Positions 1 to 12,572 of a stretch of DNA of 64,000 nucleotides are shown piece by piece. The notes beneath the pieces are model-generated. The model worked only from the letters and a program-made list of their open reading frames with translations, was not told the origin of the DNA and ran no database searches. Both the position numbers and the translations under genes were made by a program. Each line of letters opens with the position of its first letter. The first letter of the stretch is position 1. This stretch comes from Nymphaea colorata (taxonomy: Eukaryota), in the NCBI RefSeq assembly GCF_008831285.2, contig NC_045138.2, positions 43,214,001 through 43,278,000 on the forward strand, in the 5' to 3' direction.

Positions 1-488
1 TTAATCGAGATGTGTCTTCCTCTATCTTTCAACACTATTAGGGTTGAGAATTGAATCCATAAAAAAAAGCTCTGGCCTTTTTGTCTCTAAATATATATTC
101 AACTCTTTCTGAGCATGTAGACAAGATAAACCTCTTGTGTTCCATGAAATGATCTTCATGAGGCAACATTCTGCATCGCCTTCGGGACCAGGATCCCCAC
201 TTCCTCCATTTCTATTTCACATTCAACCTCCCCTAGATCTACACCCCTACCGCAAGCCTCTTCGTCTTCATCAACATTAGACGAGATGCTTTCAGTGTTG
301 CTAATATCCTCAAGAAGCCCCTTGTCTTTACTCTTCTTAGTTTGATCATAAAGAGACAAAGCCCTAGCTAACTTCTCCCTTCCATGTCTACCACTTTCTC
401 TTCTAACCACTTTTGAAGAGGCTTTAAAAAAGTCAGTCTCTACTAGCACTTCCTCATTTCTCTTTTTCCCTACCAGCTTCTTCATGGG

Positions 489-955
489 TAGGGCTGCACA
501 ACGAGTCGAGCCAACTTATGATTCACTTGAACTCCCTAAAGAAAACTCTACTCAAGCTCGACTGGTTTATAAACGAGTCAAGCTTGAGTTTAAATTTATA
601 CTTGAAATGTTAAACAAGTCAACTTTGAGTTGTAAGAACCCAACTCATTTAAACTCCGCTCAGCTCGACTACGTAAAGCCGGTCCATCATGGTTGAATTA
701 GTTGAACAAGTTAATGGCTTAAATAAATAAGTTGACGAGTTAAACGAGTTAAAAGAAACATGACATGTTAACAGAAACGAATTAAACGAGTTAAGCGAGT
801 TCAGCTCGACGTTGTATAGTCGGGTCAAGCTCGATCCTACTGTGCGGAGCTCGACTCGAGTTCGAGCCAAGCTCTAGCTCGAGCTTTTTGAGCCAAGTCG
901 AGCTTGAGCTAGCTCGGCTCATGTGCATCCCTATTCATGCTCATGTGCGTCCCTA
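489..955. mobile_element. hAT-type MITE inserted in LINE ORF1
   Basis: Termini TAGGGCTGCACA ... TGTGCGTCCCTA (imperfect TIR); 8-bp TSD TTCATGGG at 481-488 and 956-963; many internal GCTCGA/TCGAGC motifs; no coding capacity. Confidence 0.9.
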
Positions 956-1186
956 TTCATGGGGTCATGCCGAGAATCACGCACACTCATCCCATCTTCC
1001 TTCCCCATCTCATTCTTCTCATTCATAGACTTTCATAAAGAGTCAAACAATCTAGAACAAGGACATGAGACATACCCGGATCATCCTTCTTTTCTGATGA
1101 TGGCTTTATCATTGGTTCCTTCAGCCTGTATCCACCAACAATGTCACATTCTCCACTTCAGTAGCAGAGTCAAACATGTACGATTC

Positions 1187-1626
1187 CAGTGTCACATAAA
1201 TCACGATATTTTCGAAAATATCATGATATTAACATCAACAATAAGAAAAAGGAAAAAAAATCGCAATATTTTGAAAAAAACGAAAAAAATTTATCGTGTT
1301 ATTATCATGTTCTTTTGGTGGCTTTTTCCTAATTTTTTCATTTTTCTATTTTTTAGCATCGATATTATTATGAATCTAAATATAAACTTAAACTAAATTA
1401 TTTTTATCATTTTTATTATCATTAAAGCATTCCTTTTATCACTTTTATATAGTTTCATTTATGTTTTCCTATTAGTTTATCATTTGCTTTATTTGTACCT
1501 TAATTTTTATTTTTTTTTAAATTTTCTAAGTTTTCCCTGAGATTGTTCCCACAAATACAACTTTGCCATTAAAAACCCGAGAAAAATTTCATCGTTGAAA
1601 ACCCAAGTACGATATTTGTGAGACTG
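1187..1626. mobile_element. hAT-type MITE (family A, ~440 bp) inserted in LINE ORF1
   Basis: TIR CAGTGTCACA ... TGTGAGACTG; degenerate 8-bp TSD TACGATTC (1179-1186) / CACAATTC (1627-1634); body is collinear with the element at 56401-58493. Confidence 0.85.
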
Positions 1627-4418
1627 CACAATTCAACTTGCTTCCCGAAGGGCTCTTCAATTGCCATTATCAAATCCTCCTTACTAGGATCCATCACCTC
1701 CAAATCTCCATTCTCCTCAGCCTTTGAGGCAAGGGCCCCAAACCTATTGGTCCGGAAAATTCTTGTTTGATTCACATATGTGTTCATGCCTCCGTTCTTA
1801 GGTCTGCTCATGCCTCCTTATGAGGCTCACCCTGCCCTTGTCTTCCACTCCATTTGTCTGCGACAAACTTTGACCTCTAACCAGCCCTCTTTGGCCGGAA
1901 TTCCCAATCATCCCAATGGGGAAGGCTCCTTTCACACCTTCAATTTTCTACAAGATGTTAACTCAACAATGATGTAAAACTTGATAGTACCCTCATACTG
2001 GACTTCTTGTCAAACCCCAACATCATCTTAAAAGAACACATCTAGTGCCGGCTTGGAAACAAATAGGAGAGGAACCTCAATTTTCAACCAAGCAAATCCA
2101 GTTCTCGACATTACTCTTGTCAGTTCATCTTCTTCAATCAATTCACCCTTAAGGCCCCTTGATATTGATTTAAACACTCCTCTATGCCACAACAGCGATT
2201 AGGCAACCTAATCCACAGAGGCACTTGAAGACATTCTTCCACCTCAAGGGAACCCCCTGGCATCCAACAATTTGCAACTAATGCTCTTCCCCCAAGCATC
2301 CATGTCCCTCTCCAGAGAAAGCTCTACAAACTCTCTTCACTGTTAACTCTAACAAGAAAGTATCCTTGCCCAATATTATCCTCATCCTTCCAAAGCGTTG
2401 ACAGCCCCTTTCATGATGTAATTGAAATCCATGCTTTTTTCTTGTAGAATCGTCTATGAAGCAGGCGATTGTTGTGAACTAAAAGGGTTTTTTGAATTGT
2501 TCCACCAGTGATGCTGGAAACAAGATTTTCAGTGTCTCCCCGTTCGCCCCTCGTGGTTCTTCAATCTATACATATCAACCCATGATCTGGCCACGAGAGG
2601 TTTCCCAAATGGAAATCTGCCATCACTAGATCTAGGGTATCCATAGTCATGTTTGACTTCCATCCTCTATTGTGCCACCATGGCTTTTATGTTCAAGTTA
2701 TGACATTCCCAAATAATGCTTTTATAGTGTCATCCAACTTTTCCAGCATTTTAAGCCTGTTTTTGAGAATTTCAACTGTAAAATGAACTTGAATTGTTCA
2801 AAACTATAGGATTTCAAAGCAAAAACATAAAATTGAGCATAAGAATTTGTGAGCGCATAAACTTAAGTAGGCCAACTAAAAGGATTTTATAAAATTCGTC
2901 TGGCACATTGGATTTTTTTATTCTTTTTTAATTCTATACTATTGGACATTCCAAGTTCATCCATATGGTTGGATTCATCAAAACAATTTCAGAAACCCAG
3001 AAAAGCTAAGCAATTTAGATATCATGTTTTTGAGATGTCAAATTGAAACCATCGGCCAAAAATTTTTAGCTTCACTTATTGATATAGAAAACAAGCACCA
3101 AAAAGCTGACGACAAATGGATTGCCGAATATGCAAGCTCTTTTTTGTCAGGTTAGCCTTTTTCAGAATATTTATATTTTATAGCATCAGTCCAACAGTTA
3201 CCAAAGACCCTGAGTTGAACAAAAAGAAAAGAAAGTGGTGATCAACAATAACATATCAAACTACATTATTTTTCTCACAAAGTAATTAGTATGTATAAAT
3301 GGATTCAATGGAACAAGCATTTATTAAATGCCGAAACCACGTGATAGATGAAAGCCATCAATATCATAAACCAATCTCTGTAACCATTGTCTAAATGCAT
3401 GCCACTCAATGAGGTATTGATTGTCAAACAGATATAGATTTAGCACAAAGCAAAAAAGTACAAATAGAATGAAAAGTCAAATAGAATTTTCTTACCTGTG
3501 GTCTATGCAAACACAGGAATAGCGCAACTGAGCACGGTTTAAGGTTTTAACAGATGTCAGGAAACATGTACTAACATATAGTCATCAAATTTGAGTGCTA
3601 TCACAAACCACCTTGTTGCCTGTGAGTGCTTATCGCAAACTAGTTACTGGAAGAAGACTCCTTACAATGGATAATTATTTTTCAGTGGACTCATATTAAT
3701 TGCCAAAAAATACAAACATCAAAGATTGCACAAGAAATTATATATAATAGTTGAACAACTAAAGGAAATAAAAGATTGAAGATGCAGTCAATGCCATAAG
3801 GAGTTAACAGTTTATGGACAGATTTAAAAATGCTAGCACTGTACACAAGATTTTCTGATGTTTCATATTCACTTACTTCTCATGACATTCTATCTCAACT
3901 TTCAAGACCTTTTAACATTCTAGAAGATCGTATGTGCATCTTCTAACAAACAAGGATACAGTATTCTCTTTCTTTTCAAGTAAAGACAGTAATCCAGTTC
4001 AACCAACAGGTCCAGGTAAAGTTACCCTTTCAAGAGTTAATATCTCAGAAGACCAGTGCCGTAGGCATCACATGTTGTCAGTTGTCACCTTCAAATTCAG
4101 TTAGATTTTTGCATTGCTTGAGAACTACAGTTTCCAACATCAGGCACCAAATCATATTACCCGTACTTTTTGTGCACAATGAACCCCAACACCTCAACCA
4201 TAGTCATTCATATGGTCAAGTTTCTGAATAGCAAAAGCATCAACTTTGGCTTGTTTCATGCCATACTTTCTTGCTTATTAGGGCATTGAAGTGCTATAAC
4301 GACATTCTTCAAGCACCAGACAGTGTGGGCTATCTTCTTCTTGTCGCGAAGACAACAAGGCCACCACAAACAGAAAACTTCCAAAACCAGAACTCGACAT
4401 AAATTGGAGTAAGTTTTC

Positions 4419-5711
4419 TTAGTAGATAGATGCATCAAACCTTGGTTCATAGAAGGTGACTTGACTGCTCCATGACTGAAGAACACAACCAGCAATCCAA
4501 GACCATGCCTTCCTGTCAATGTCATAAAGCAGACCTTTGCCCTGATTCCATGATGTAAAGCAGATCAAATTATCTTGCCCAAAGCATTCGAATCGTTCGG
4601 CTGATAATCTCAACAGAGATTTAAATAGCCTCTGCGGCATTCTACCTATCTCTACCCACACAGTATTGCTATGATCCAATTCCCAAATCCTCATACTCTG
4701 ATGGGTGCTGTACATACCTATCCTTCCAACCAGAAACAAACGCTTGTACGTGCCAGCAACAAGGTAACCATCTAAAAGAGATTTAGGAAATTTGACTGGG
4801 ATGTGCTCCCAATAGCCTGTATCAAGTCTATACATCATCAACCCCGGCGGCGAAAGGGCCTCAAGATAGATTCTAGAATCACAAAATGCTATTTTGGAAG
4901 AACAGAGGTTAACCGCAGGCATTACTTGATGCAGAGACCAACTATTTGATTTGGAATCATATACCTCAGTGGGCAAAGTTCTCTCTGCATATATATCGCT
5001 TGTAGCAATCACTTTGAAGGATCTGTCCTCTCTATCAACAACCAATATCAGATGGCGCTGCTGATTATGATGCATAGTTGGTAATGCACGCCAAGTTTGA
5101 GTAAGAGGGTTACAAACTACAGTTTTGAAACACAACCCGTCTAACCCTGAAAAGCATACCAGGCCACCTGAAGAGCCAACCAACAAAAACGCCCACTCGG
5201 GCAGGAAGGAAAATGGGAGCTTGTACCATGTTTTGAGCGGCAAGCTGAAAACCGAGCACTGAGGAGTCTGCAGATTTTTCCAAAACGCAAGAAGGCAAGG
5301 GCCATGAGAAGGGACTCGCCCATGAAACTTGATGAAACCAACGTCAGATATAATCGAATTCCAGCGTTTACATACAGAGCGCAGCTTAAAAAGCACAAAC
5401 GGAGGCACCCTTGCCAGGATTTCATTCAGAAGGTCCTCAGGAAGGAAAGCCCAAATGCTGTCTTCCATTTGGATGTCAAGGTGAACAATTCTACTGAATG
5501 AAGCCACCACCTCTTCATCAAAACCCCGAGGTTTTGTTTTGAATACTTTCTGTCGCGAGGGACTACGGCTGCCACTTCGCCCAGAAGTCGTTCGTTTCAG
5601 GCGGTCTCCATCTGAAGCTGGTTCACTTCTCCCTGAGACCTGCCCCCTGCAACCTACTCGGCACCCAGACTCTTCATCTGCCCGAGCTTCTAGAACTAGT
5701 TTGCCATCCAT
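4419..5711 (-). CDS. F-box/kelch-repeat protein, At5g15710-like (430 aa from the first ATG)
   Basis: Uninterrupted ORF with F-box motif '[36 protein letters not shown]' followed by kelch/beta-propeller-like repeats ending '[11 protein letters not shown]'; recognisably similar to Arabidopsis At5g15710. First ATG is at 5711-5709, just after an acceptor-like TTTGTCAG, so an upstream exon is possible. Confidence 0.93.
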   Translation of the reverse strand: MDGKLVLEARADEESGCRVGCRGQVSGRSEPASDGDRLKRTTSGRSGSRSPSRQKVFKTKPRGFDEEVVASFSRIVHLDIQMEDSIWAFLPEDLLNEILARVPPFVLFKLRSVCKRWNSIISDVGFIKFHGRVPSHGPCLLAFWKNLQTPQCSVFSLPLKTWYKLPFSFLPEWAFLLVGSSGGLVCFSGLDGLCFKTVVCNPLTQTWRALPTMHHNQQRHLILVVDREDRSFKVIATSDIYAERTLPTEVYDSKSNSWSLHQVMPAVNLCSSKIAFCDSRIYLEALSPPGLMMYRLDTGYWEHIPVKFPKSLLDGYLVAGTYKRLFLVGRIGMYSTHQSMRIWELDHSNTVWVEIGRMPQRLFKSLLRLSAERFECFGQDNLICFTSWNQGKGLLYDIDRKAWSWIAGCVLQSWSSQVTFYEPRFDASIY

Positions 5712-6956
5712 GGTCCGCTTCCCTGACAAACAAAGAAATCAGGAAAAGGAATTAATTTACCCCGAATGTCAAAATTGAAAAGACAAACAAAGGAAAAAGT
5801 AAAAAGAAAACTCAAACTTTCGCTCAGGAGGGAGGGGAAACGGGTAGACGTTCAACCCCAATCGAAAACCCTAAAACGCAAAACCAAGAAATGAAAATTT
5901 GAGTTGAAATTTTAGTATTTTGGAGCTGACGTTTTCTGATAAGCAATAGATAGACTAGTTTATGGCAAAAAGGGAAAGCTCCGATCCAATCAACTTTACC
6001 ATAAATCTTTAGAACGTTATTGAAAAGGAAAAAGTAGAAGAAAATTCTTAACACTGAACTGTCATCTAAACGAGCCGGTTAGAAAAACCTACGAAAGCCG
6101 GAACAGCATGATTTCTGACGTATAAGGACCCCAATATCAGAAAAATCACGACGACAGAAATTAAAACTGCTCAAAGATACGAAACCAAACCAAACCAAAC
6201 AGGAAAGCATATCTTTAAGAACGAAGAACGAGGCACCAAATAAAAACAACAATAGAAGCTGCGACACCTTTTCAAAACCTTCAAAAATCTCAGGAGAGGT
6301 TTGTGACATCCTAAGATTGGAAACGGAAAAGGAAGTCCTGTAAGAAACAAAGGAACTTGCAAATTTTGTATTCTAAATTTGGAGAGATAAAAAGGCGAGG
6401 TTCAGAAAACCTAATTTTGGTTGACGAGCTCCGGGCAATTTCATGAAGTGATAAAAGAAAAACAACGCGAAAACTACAAAGTCGACTGCGAAATCGATTT
6501 CGAAAGACGCAATTAGAGGGTACCTTTCTTCCCTTGCACGGTTTGGTTTTTCGAACCAGATAGGGGAAGGGAGGACAGAGGAACGCTCTCAAATCTTAAT
6601 CTGTATGTGGCCGGCCGGAGTGGCCCTCAAACAAAATAATAGAGACCCCGTTTTCCCTCTGATGGGTTCAACCACAGTTTGGATCTTATTCCATATTTAA
6701 TCGGACTATATGATCTGGTTCAAAAAATTAATCCGAACCTGGTTAGACGTCAAAGTAACCCAGTATTTGCATCATCAAAATTTTCATACCAAAACAATTT
6801 TGATGGATGCCTGACTCTAACGGGTATCTGATATGTAAACCATGTTTGGCGTGCTGTTTGTAGCCATTTTGAAGCTTATAAGCAACACGTGTTAGGTAAT
6901 TTCTCAAACCGTGTATATTGTGTTGAATCATTGAATCAACTGAAAACATAATATGA

Positions 6957-7535
6957 GAAAGGAAATGCGGATTTGTCTCTCCACCGGCGTAGTCCCTGAC
7001 AATTGGCCCCATCTCCTGCCTGGTCAAATGTGACTCCAATTTGCTTCACTGGTAGCTTATATGCTTAAATGCTTAAGAACTCAAATGGTATCTGCGTTAG
7101 TCAAGGTGTAGTTTGATGGAATGAGAATTTGGTGGAACCTGAAGATACGATCCTATTTCAGCACTTGGAACCTGAGTTTTTGGAAAGATTGGATAGGCTA
7201 CTTTTATTCTATAACAATAGGTGTTGGTTAAGTAGACTCGGAGGTTCAACGGAAGGCAGACGCCCTCCTCGGCCTTGGCAAAATCTGTGTGGCAATATAC
7301 TCCACAAAGTTCACTTTCTGCAACAGAATCCTGCATACGATGTTCTGGTATTGTTGATGCACAAAATGTAATGTTTTGAATTCCTTCCGTTTTCGGTGTC
7401 TCCCATGGTCTGCATCCGATTTTGTCTCCATTGTAATGCCGTTAATTGTGCTTGGATGCTGATTTTTTTATGTACATACTTGTTGTTGGAAAATAAAAGG
7501 TTAGGAGGGCCTTTTCCCCCGCAGGGTTGTTGCGG
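6957..7535 (+). mobile_element. 5'-truncated L1 LINE 3' end (RNase H-like C-terminus plus 3' UTR) with 19-bp TSD
   Basis: Flanked by the exact direct repeat AACTGAAAACATAATATGA (6938-6956 and 7536-7554). Degenerate translations 'ISCLVKCDSNLLHW' and 'VDSEVQRKADALLGLG' resemble the RVT_3 RNase H domain. Ends in AATAAAA-GGTTAGGAGGGCCTTTTCCCCCG, resembling plant L1 3' ends. Confidence 0.65.
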
Positions 7536-7899
7536 AACTGAAAACATAATATGAAAACATACTTGAATCCATACTTGGGAGAGTCGTTGAAGTAGGATCT
7601 TGCTTAGCCTCTTAAGTAAGAGTAAAGTTTCTTATGGGGGAAATGAAACTATATACCATGTGTATGGCCTGCAAAGACCAGTACCATTTATGAAATGTTG
7701 TCAAAATTTCAGATTCAACACATCGTAAAAGATGTAATAGTAATTTCTGTGCGAACACCAAATCAAAATACTAATGGAGAAATTTTGATCAACGCCCATA
7801 CTCATCGCATCAAGTTCATCTCCCTCAAGTTCTTCATCTTCAAATCTATCTTCGGTTCATAGTTCCACTTTACAAAGTGTTAGCCAGTGTTCTCAAGTT

Positions 7900-8642
7900 C
7901 CAAACAACTTGCACCATTTACATGGAATCAAACTCACTGGAGACACTTACCTTCTTTAGGAGTCTCAGCTCAGGCCGATACTGTTGACACATGACTAGTT
8001 GGCTACATTGATGGTGTGAAACCTTCACTGTATGTTGAAGGTACTGCTCAATTTAATCCCAATTATGCAGGTTGGCTTAAGCACAATAAATTGCTATTGA
8101 GTTGGATACTTGGTTCCTTAATGAAGGCAATACATTCTCATGTGGTCGGCCTTTCCACTTCATTTGCTGTTTGGAATGCATTAAAACATAGTTAAGCAAC
8201 ACATTCTGGGTCTAAGATGATACAGTCAAAATCTCACATGCAAGATCTTTGAAGAGGAGCTACATCAATAGATGAATATATTTCAAAAGCAAGGTAATTA
8301 GCCCATCAATTAGCTATTTCTAGTAAACTTCTTGAGGATGATTTAATGATGTGGATTTTAAATGGCCAACCATCAGAGCATTCAACATTTACATTAAATT
8401 AACTTCATAATGTTCTCTTGATACAAAAAGCACATATTTCTTGCATGAATTCAGTTGATAGTGTTCATGTCAATCTTGCTGCAAATATTGTCACTTAGTC
8501 ATGTAACAATAATGAAAATATAAACCATTCTTTGAATCATGGATAATTTTGTCATGGAAAAGGGTATTATGATACTATAGGGCAAGCATAACAATGCTTT
8601 TCCAACAATAATTTATTCTCACTTTGTGAGAAACCATGCCAC
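7900..8642 (+). mobile_element. Ty1/copia gag remnant
   Basis: Degenerate translation 'IKLTGDTYLL*ESQLRPILLTHD/VGYIDG..NPNYAGWLKHNKLLLSWILGSL'; ends in a partial zinc knuckle 'LCEKPCH' exactly where a CACTA-like terminus begins. Confidence 0.75.
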
Positions 8643-9237
8643 CACCACAAAAAATCCTATCATTATTCATGCAAAAAAAAAAGAGTCAATAAAAACCAAA
8701 AAGACACCAGTAAAATCTTTATCGATGTTTTGAATGGGATGTTAGTAAAAAATTTGTTGTTGAAGCCTTTACTGATGAGTCAGTGTTAAAGTTTGTACAA
8801 CTTAAGTTTCACTGATGAACTTGCACATATGTTTACGTTAACCTGTACTAATGAAAGACTTCCTCAGTGTTTGTAGATCTTTTATTAACATGCCTGGACG
8901 TCAGTTTATGTGTGATCTTTTACTGACAGTTTATGTACTGTTAGTTTATGTCAACCTTTTATTGACATTTCCATTAGTTACTGTTGATTGAAAATCTTTA
9001 CTAGGGTTTTATTTAGTGCATTGATAATAACTACCTTACTAACGTGCTTTTCATGTTAGTTAAGGTGATCTATTTTTTATTAGTCAATAATATTGACAAA
9101 TCTAAAAAATGGGAATATACAGAATAGATTACATTCCTACTCAACATGCAAAATACAAATCTCATAATACAAAATGAAATTAAAGTCCTCTTCGACTCTT
9201 GAACTCTGATAGATTTGTTTAGATCTAGCATATACAA

Positions 9238-9512
9238 AGAACATGAAGAAAAAGAAGAATAATAAAAGAAAAAAGTTCAACAACCATCTATGATAACAAG
9301 ATGACAACTATATCGCGCAACATAGTTTAACAACCATCTTCCATAATAGGATGGTAATTATATATATATATCAACGAACATGAAGAAAAAGAATAATAAA
9401 AGAAAAAAGTTCAACAACCATCTATGATAACAAGATGACAACTATATCGCGCAACATAGTTTAACAACCATCTTCCATAATAGGATGGCAATTATATATA
9501 TATATATATATA
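9238..9512. repeat. Tandem duplication, 2 x ~137 bp, each unit ending in (TA)n
   Basis: 'GAACATGAAGAAAAAGAA...AACCATCTTCCATAATAGGATGG(T/C)AATTATATATA' occurs twice, near-identical. Confidence 0.9.
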
Positions 9513-9513
9513 T

Positions 9514-10700
9514 ATCAATGCATGTAAATAGATCCAAGAACTGAGTCTTCAAGTTGAACCATAGGTATCATTGACGGAAAGGGTGAAATATGTTACAATT
9601 ATGTTGTTATTTCCAGCAATGTAAACCTTTAACATATAATATGTATACAACTTAACTAAATGATCTCTTAAGCAATGTCATGATTTGATTTATATGATTT
9701 TCGAGCTTACCCACCCTTGCACATTTAGCTTCAAGGTCCCTCAGCGGACCCCAACAGATGTTGTTGTGTTTTCATCACAACGTGTGCATCTCTCCTCAAG
9801 CACAACTAACTTTTGTTATAAAGTATTGATTTGCGCTTTTAATGTTGTATTTTCTACTTCAAGTTGACTCTTGCTTGTACCTACACTATAGAACCGTGAA
9901 TGCTTCACACCTAGTTGTCTCATAGTGTGTATCCACTCATGTCTATTTTTATCCATCACTTGGCGTTGCACATGACCACTTCCATGTGAATCAGATGTTG
10001 TTTTAGGTCAGTTAGTTACCTTTTCCTTTACTTTTACTTAACACATTTCATATAGATAAAAATTGATATAAATTTATACATATATGTATGTATGTATCAA
10101 TGCATGTAAATAGATCCAAGAACTGAGTCTTCAAGGTTGAACCATAGGTATCATTGACGGAAATTATGAAGCGTCAGCAAGCTTGCATAGAAATGGTGAA
10201 ATATGTTACAATTATGTTGTTATTTCCAGCAATGTAAACCTTAACATATAATATGTATACAACTTAACTGAATGATCTCTTAAGCAATGTCATGATTTGA
10301 TTTATATGATTTTCGAGCTTACCCACCCTTGCACATTTAGCTTCAAGCTCAGGGACCCCAGCGGACCCCAACAGATGTTGTTGTGTTTTCATCACATCAT
10401 GTGCATCTCTCCTCAAGCACAACTAACTTTTGTTATAAAGTATTGATTTGCGCTTTTAATGTTGTATTTTCTACTTCAAGTTGACTCTTGCTTGTACCTA
10501 CACTAGAGAACCGTGAATGCTTCACACCTAGTTGTCTCATAGTGTGTATCCACTCATGTCTATTTTTATCCATCACTTGGCATTGCACATTACCACTTCC
10601 ATGTGAATCAGATGTTGTTTTAGGTCAGTTAGTTACCTTTTCCTTTACTTTTTCTTAACACATTTCATATAGATAAAATTGATATAAATTTATACATATA
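9514..10700. repeat. Tandem duplication, 2 x ~590 bp, inside the CACTA remnant
   Basis: 'ATCAATGCATGTAAATAGATCCAAGAACTGAG...AAATTTATACATATAT' at 9514-10095 and 10096-10700; near-identical apart from a few indels. Confidence 0.92.
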
Positions 10701-12336
10701 TATATGCACATATATAGATACCTGAAAGTAATAAACAAAAGTGTATAATACTTGCAATATCACATTTAGTTTTTGGGTTAGGATACTTTATGTTAGTGCT
10801 GCTTTGAGTTACAATAAAGACCTCAACACATCAAAGCTCTGGTCCATCTTCTATAACCTATACAACAAAACAAATAATAGTTTTATTCCATTACTTTATA
10901 GTGAAAATATTATTGAACCAGAATGCATACAAACATATAATATCAATAATAATTTACCCTTTTACCATAAATGTATGAAGCTATGTAGGAATAACACATC
11001 ATCTTTTCTAGGTGAATCTGATGCTTCTTCAGGTGAGTTAGCTACATTTTCCTTTAGTTTTTGCTAAACATTACATGCAGATAAAGTTAGTATAAATATA
11101 CATGTATATATACAAATATATATGCCCGAATGTAATAATGAAAAACTAGGTAGCACGGTTAGTTTCTTGAATAGATTAGTTTGTGTTAGTCTGCTTTGAG
11201 CTGCAATGAAAACCTCAACACATAAAAGTTTTAATCCATTTTCTCAATACTATAAACAAAATAGATTATATTTTTAGTTGATTTCTTTATAGTAAGATAT
11301 TATTGAATGAAAAAACATAAATGTGATAATATCAATAAAATAATTTACTTCTTTTTTCCTAAATTGTGTGAAGCTTCAGATATTTGTGGTGTGCTGGTAC
11401 TTGAACTTTGCATGCACCTCAATATTTTTTTCACTTAGTTCTTATAAGTACAAACATCATATATGATACAATGTCTATCTACATTGAGTTACAATACAAA
11501 TAAATTTAATAACCTCGCATAAGAAATGCATACCTCATGCACTTCTTCAACAAAAAAAAAACCTCATGATTGATTCCAACTAATGATCTGGAATCTTGTG
11601 CTTGGCACATTGGAGGCAATAGGCTTCAATAGTTTCATACTTGTATATTTTTCTCAATTTATATCTCCACGATCTAAAGAGGTGAGAGTATTCATACAAT
11701 GCTGACTTGTGTCCGGCCACCTTATGTTCACCAAGAAAGTCAAACTTCTCCTATTGTGAAGATATAAAAGATGATAACAATGATGTAAACAACTGCATAA
11801 TAATATTATCAAATTTTAAGTATAACACATAAATTTCCTGTCCTTGTTTTTAAAAATCTATTTTAAAATTGCTAATGTTAATGGTGTACATCCAGGATCT
11901 CAGCTAGTGTTAAATTTTAAGTATAACACATAAATTTCCTGTCATGTGAAGATATATGAAATGTTAATGGTGTACATCAAGGATCTCAGCTATTGTTCTG
12001 ATGAATGTTGTCAAAATCGTGCTTCTCTACCGATTGGTTGGCCAAGTAAGTTTATATGAAGCTTTTGCTTTTCGCTATTTCTCAAACTTGTAGTGGAAAG
12101 AGCTCGAGTCAGTCTATGCATATTTCTTGCTAGGAGTATTGTAAACAAGTGAAAGAACACATCATTAAAATTAATTCCATTATTTTGCAATTAAATTTTC
12201 ATATAAATTAATGCAAGTATTACCTAAAGAAGCTTCATCTCAAGTATCTTCTTATGCACTATTATAAGTCGATCATATAAACTACTATATTGAAGTCATC
12301 TAATAAAATTACAAACACAAAAATACAATGTTACAC

Positions 12337-12572
12337 AGAGAATGCACCCTATTTATGAAAACAAGTGAATACAATAACAAATGTATGTGGAAAACAATCA
12401 TTTGATATGTACCTACATGGAACAACTTATTTTGTATTAATGAATTAATTATTAAACCCACTCTATTTATGAAAACAAGTGAATACAATAACAAATGAAT
12501 GTGGAAAACAATCATTTGATATGTACCTACATGGAACAACTTATTTTGTATTAATGAATTAATTATTAAACC
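12337..12572. repeat. Tandem duplication, 2 x 111 bp
   Basis: 'CTATTTATGAAAACAAGTGAATACAATAAC...GAATTAATTATTAAACC' is repeated; also visible as the repeated peptide in ORF 12309..12539. Confidence 0.9.

Larger units (their letters stand above)
57..2680 (-). mobile_element. L1-type LINE remnant: decayed ORF1 (DUF4283-like) plus the first ~34 codons of ORF2 (endonuclease), interrupted by two MITEs
   Basis: Minus-strand translation of ~2040-2240 gives 'VPLWIRLPN/LWHRGVFKSISRGLKGELIEEDELTRVMSRTGFAWLKIEVPL', typical of plant L1 ORF1. 159->57 reads 'MKIISWNTRGL...LETKRPELFF', the L1 endonuclease N-terminus. The ORF1 tail is ORF 156..485. The 5' boundary is approximate. Confidence 0.8.

Noticed and set aside
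1..34. Possible LTR end (...TTTCAACA) truncating the LINE
   Set aside because: At the window edge; no partner LTR or TSD can be checked.
5712..5729. ORF-track start MSGKRT for the F-box gene
   Set aside because: Non-ATG start inside an acceptor-like sequence; the first ATG is at 5711.
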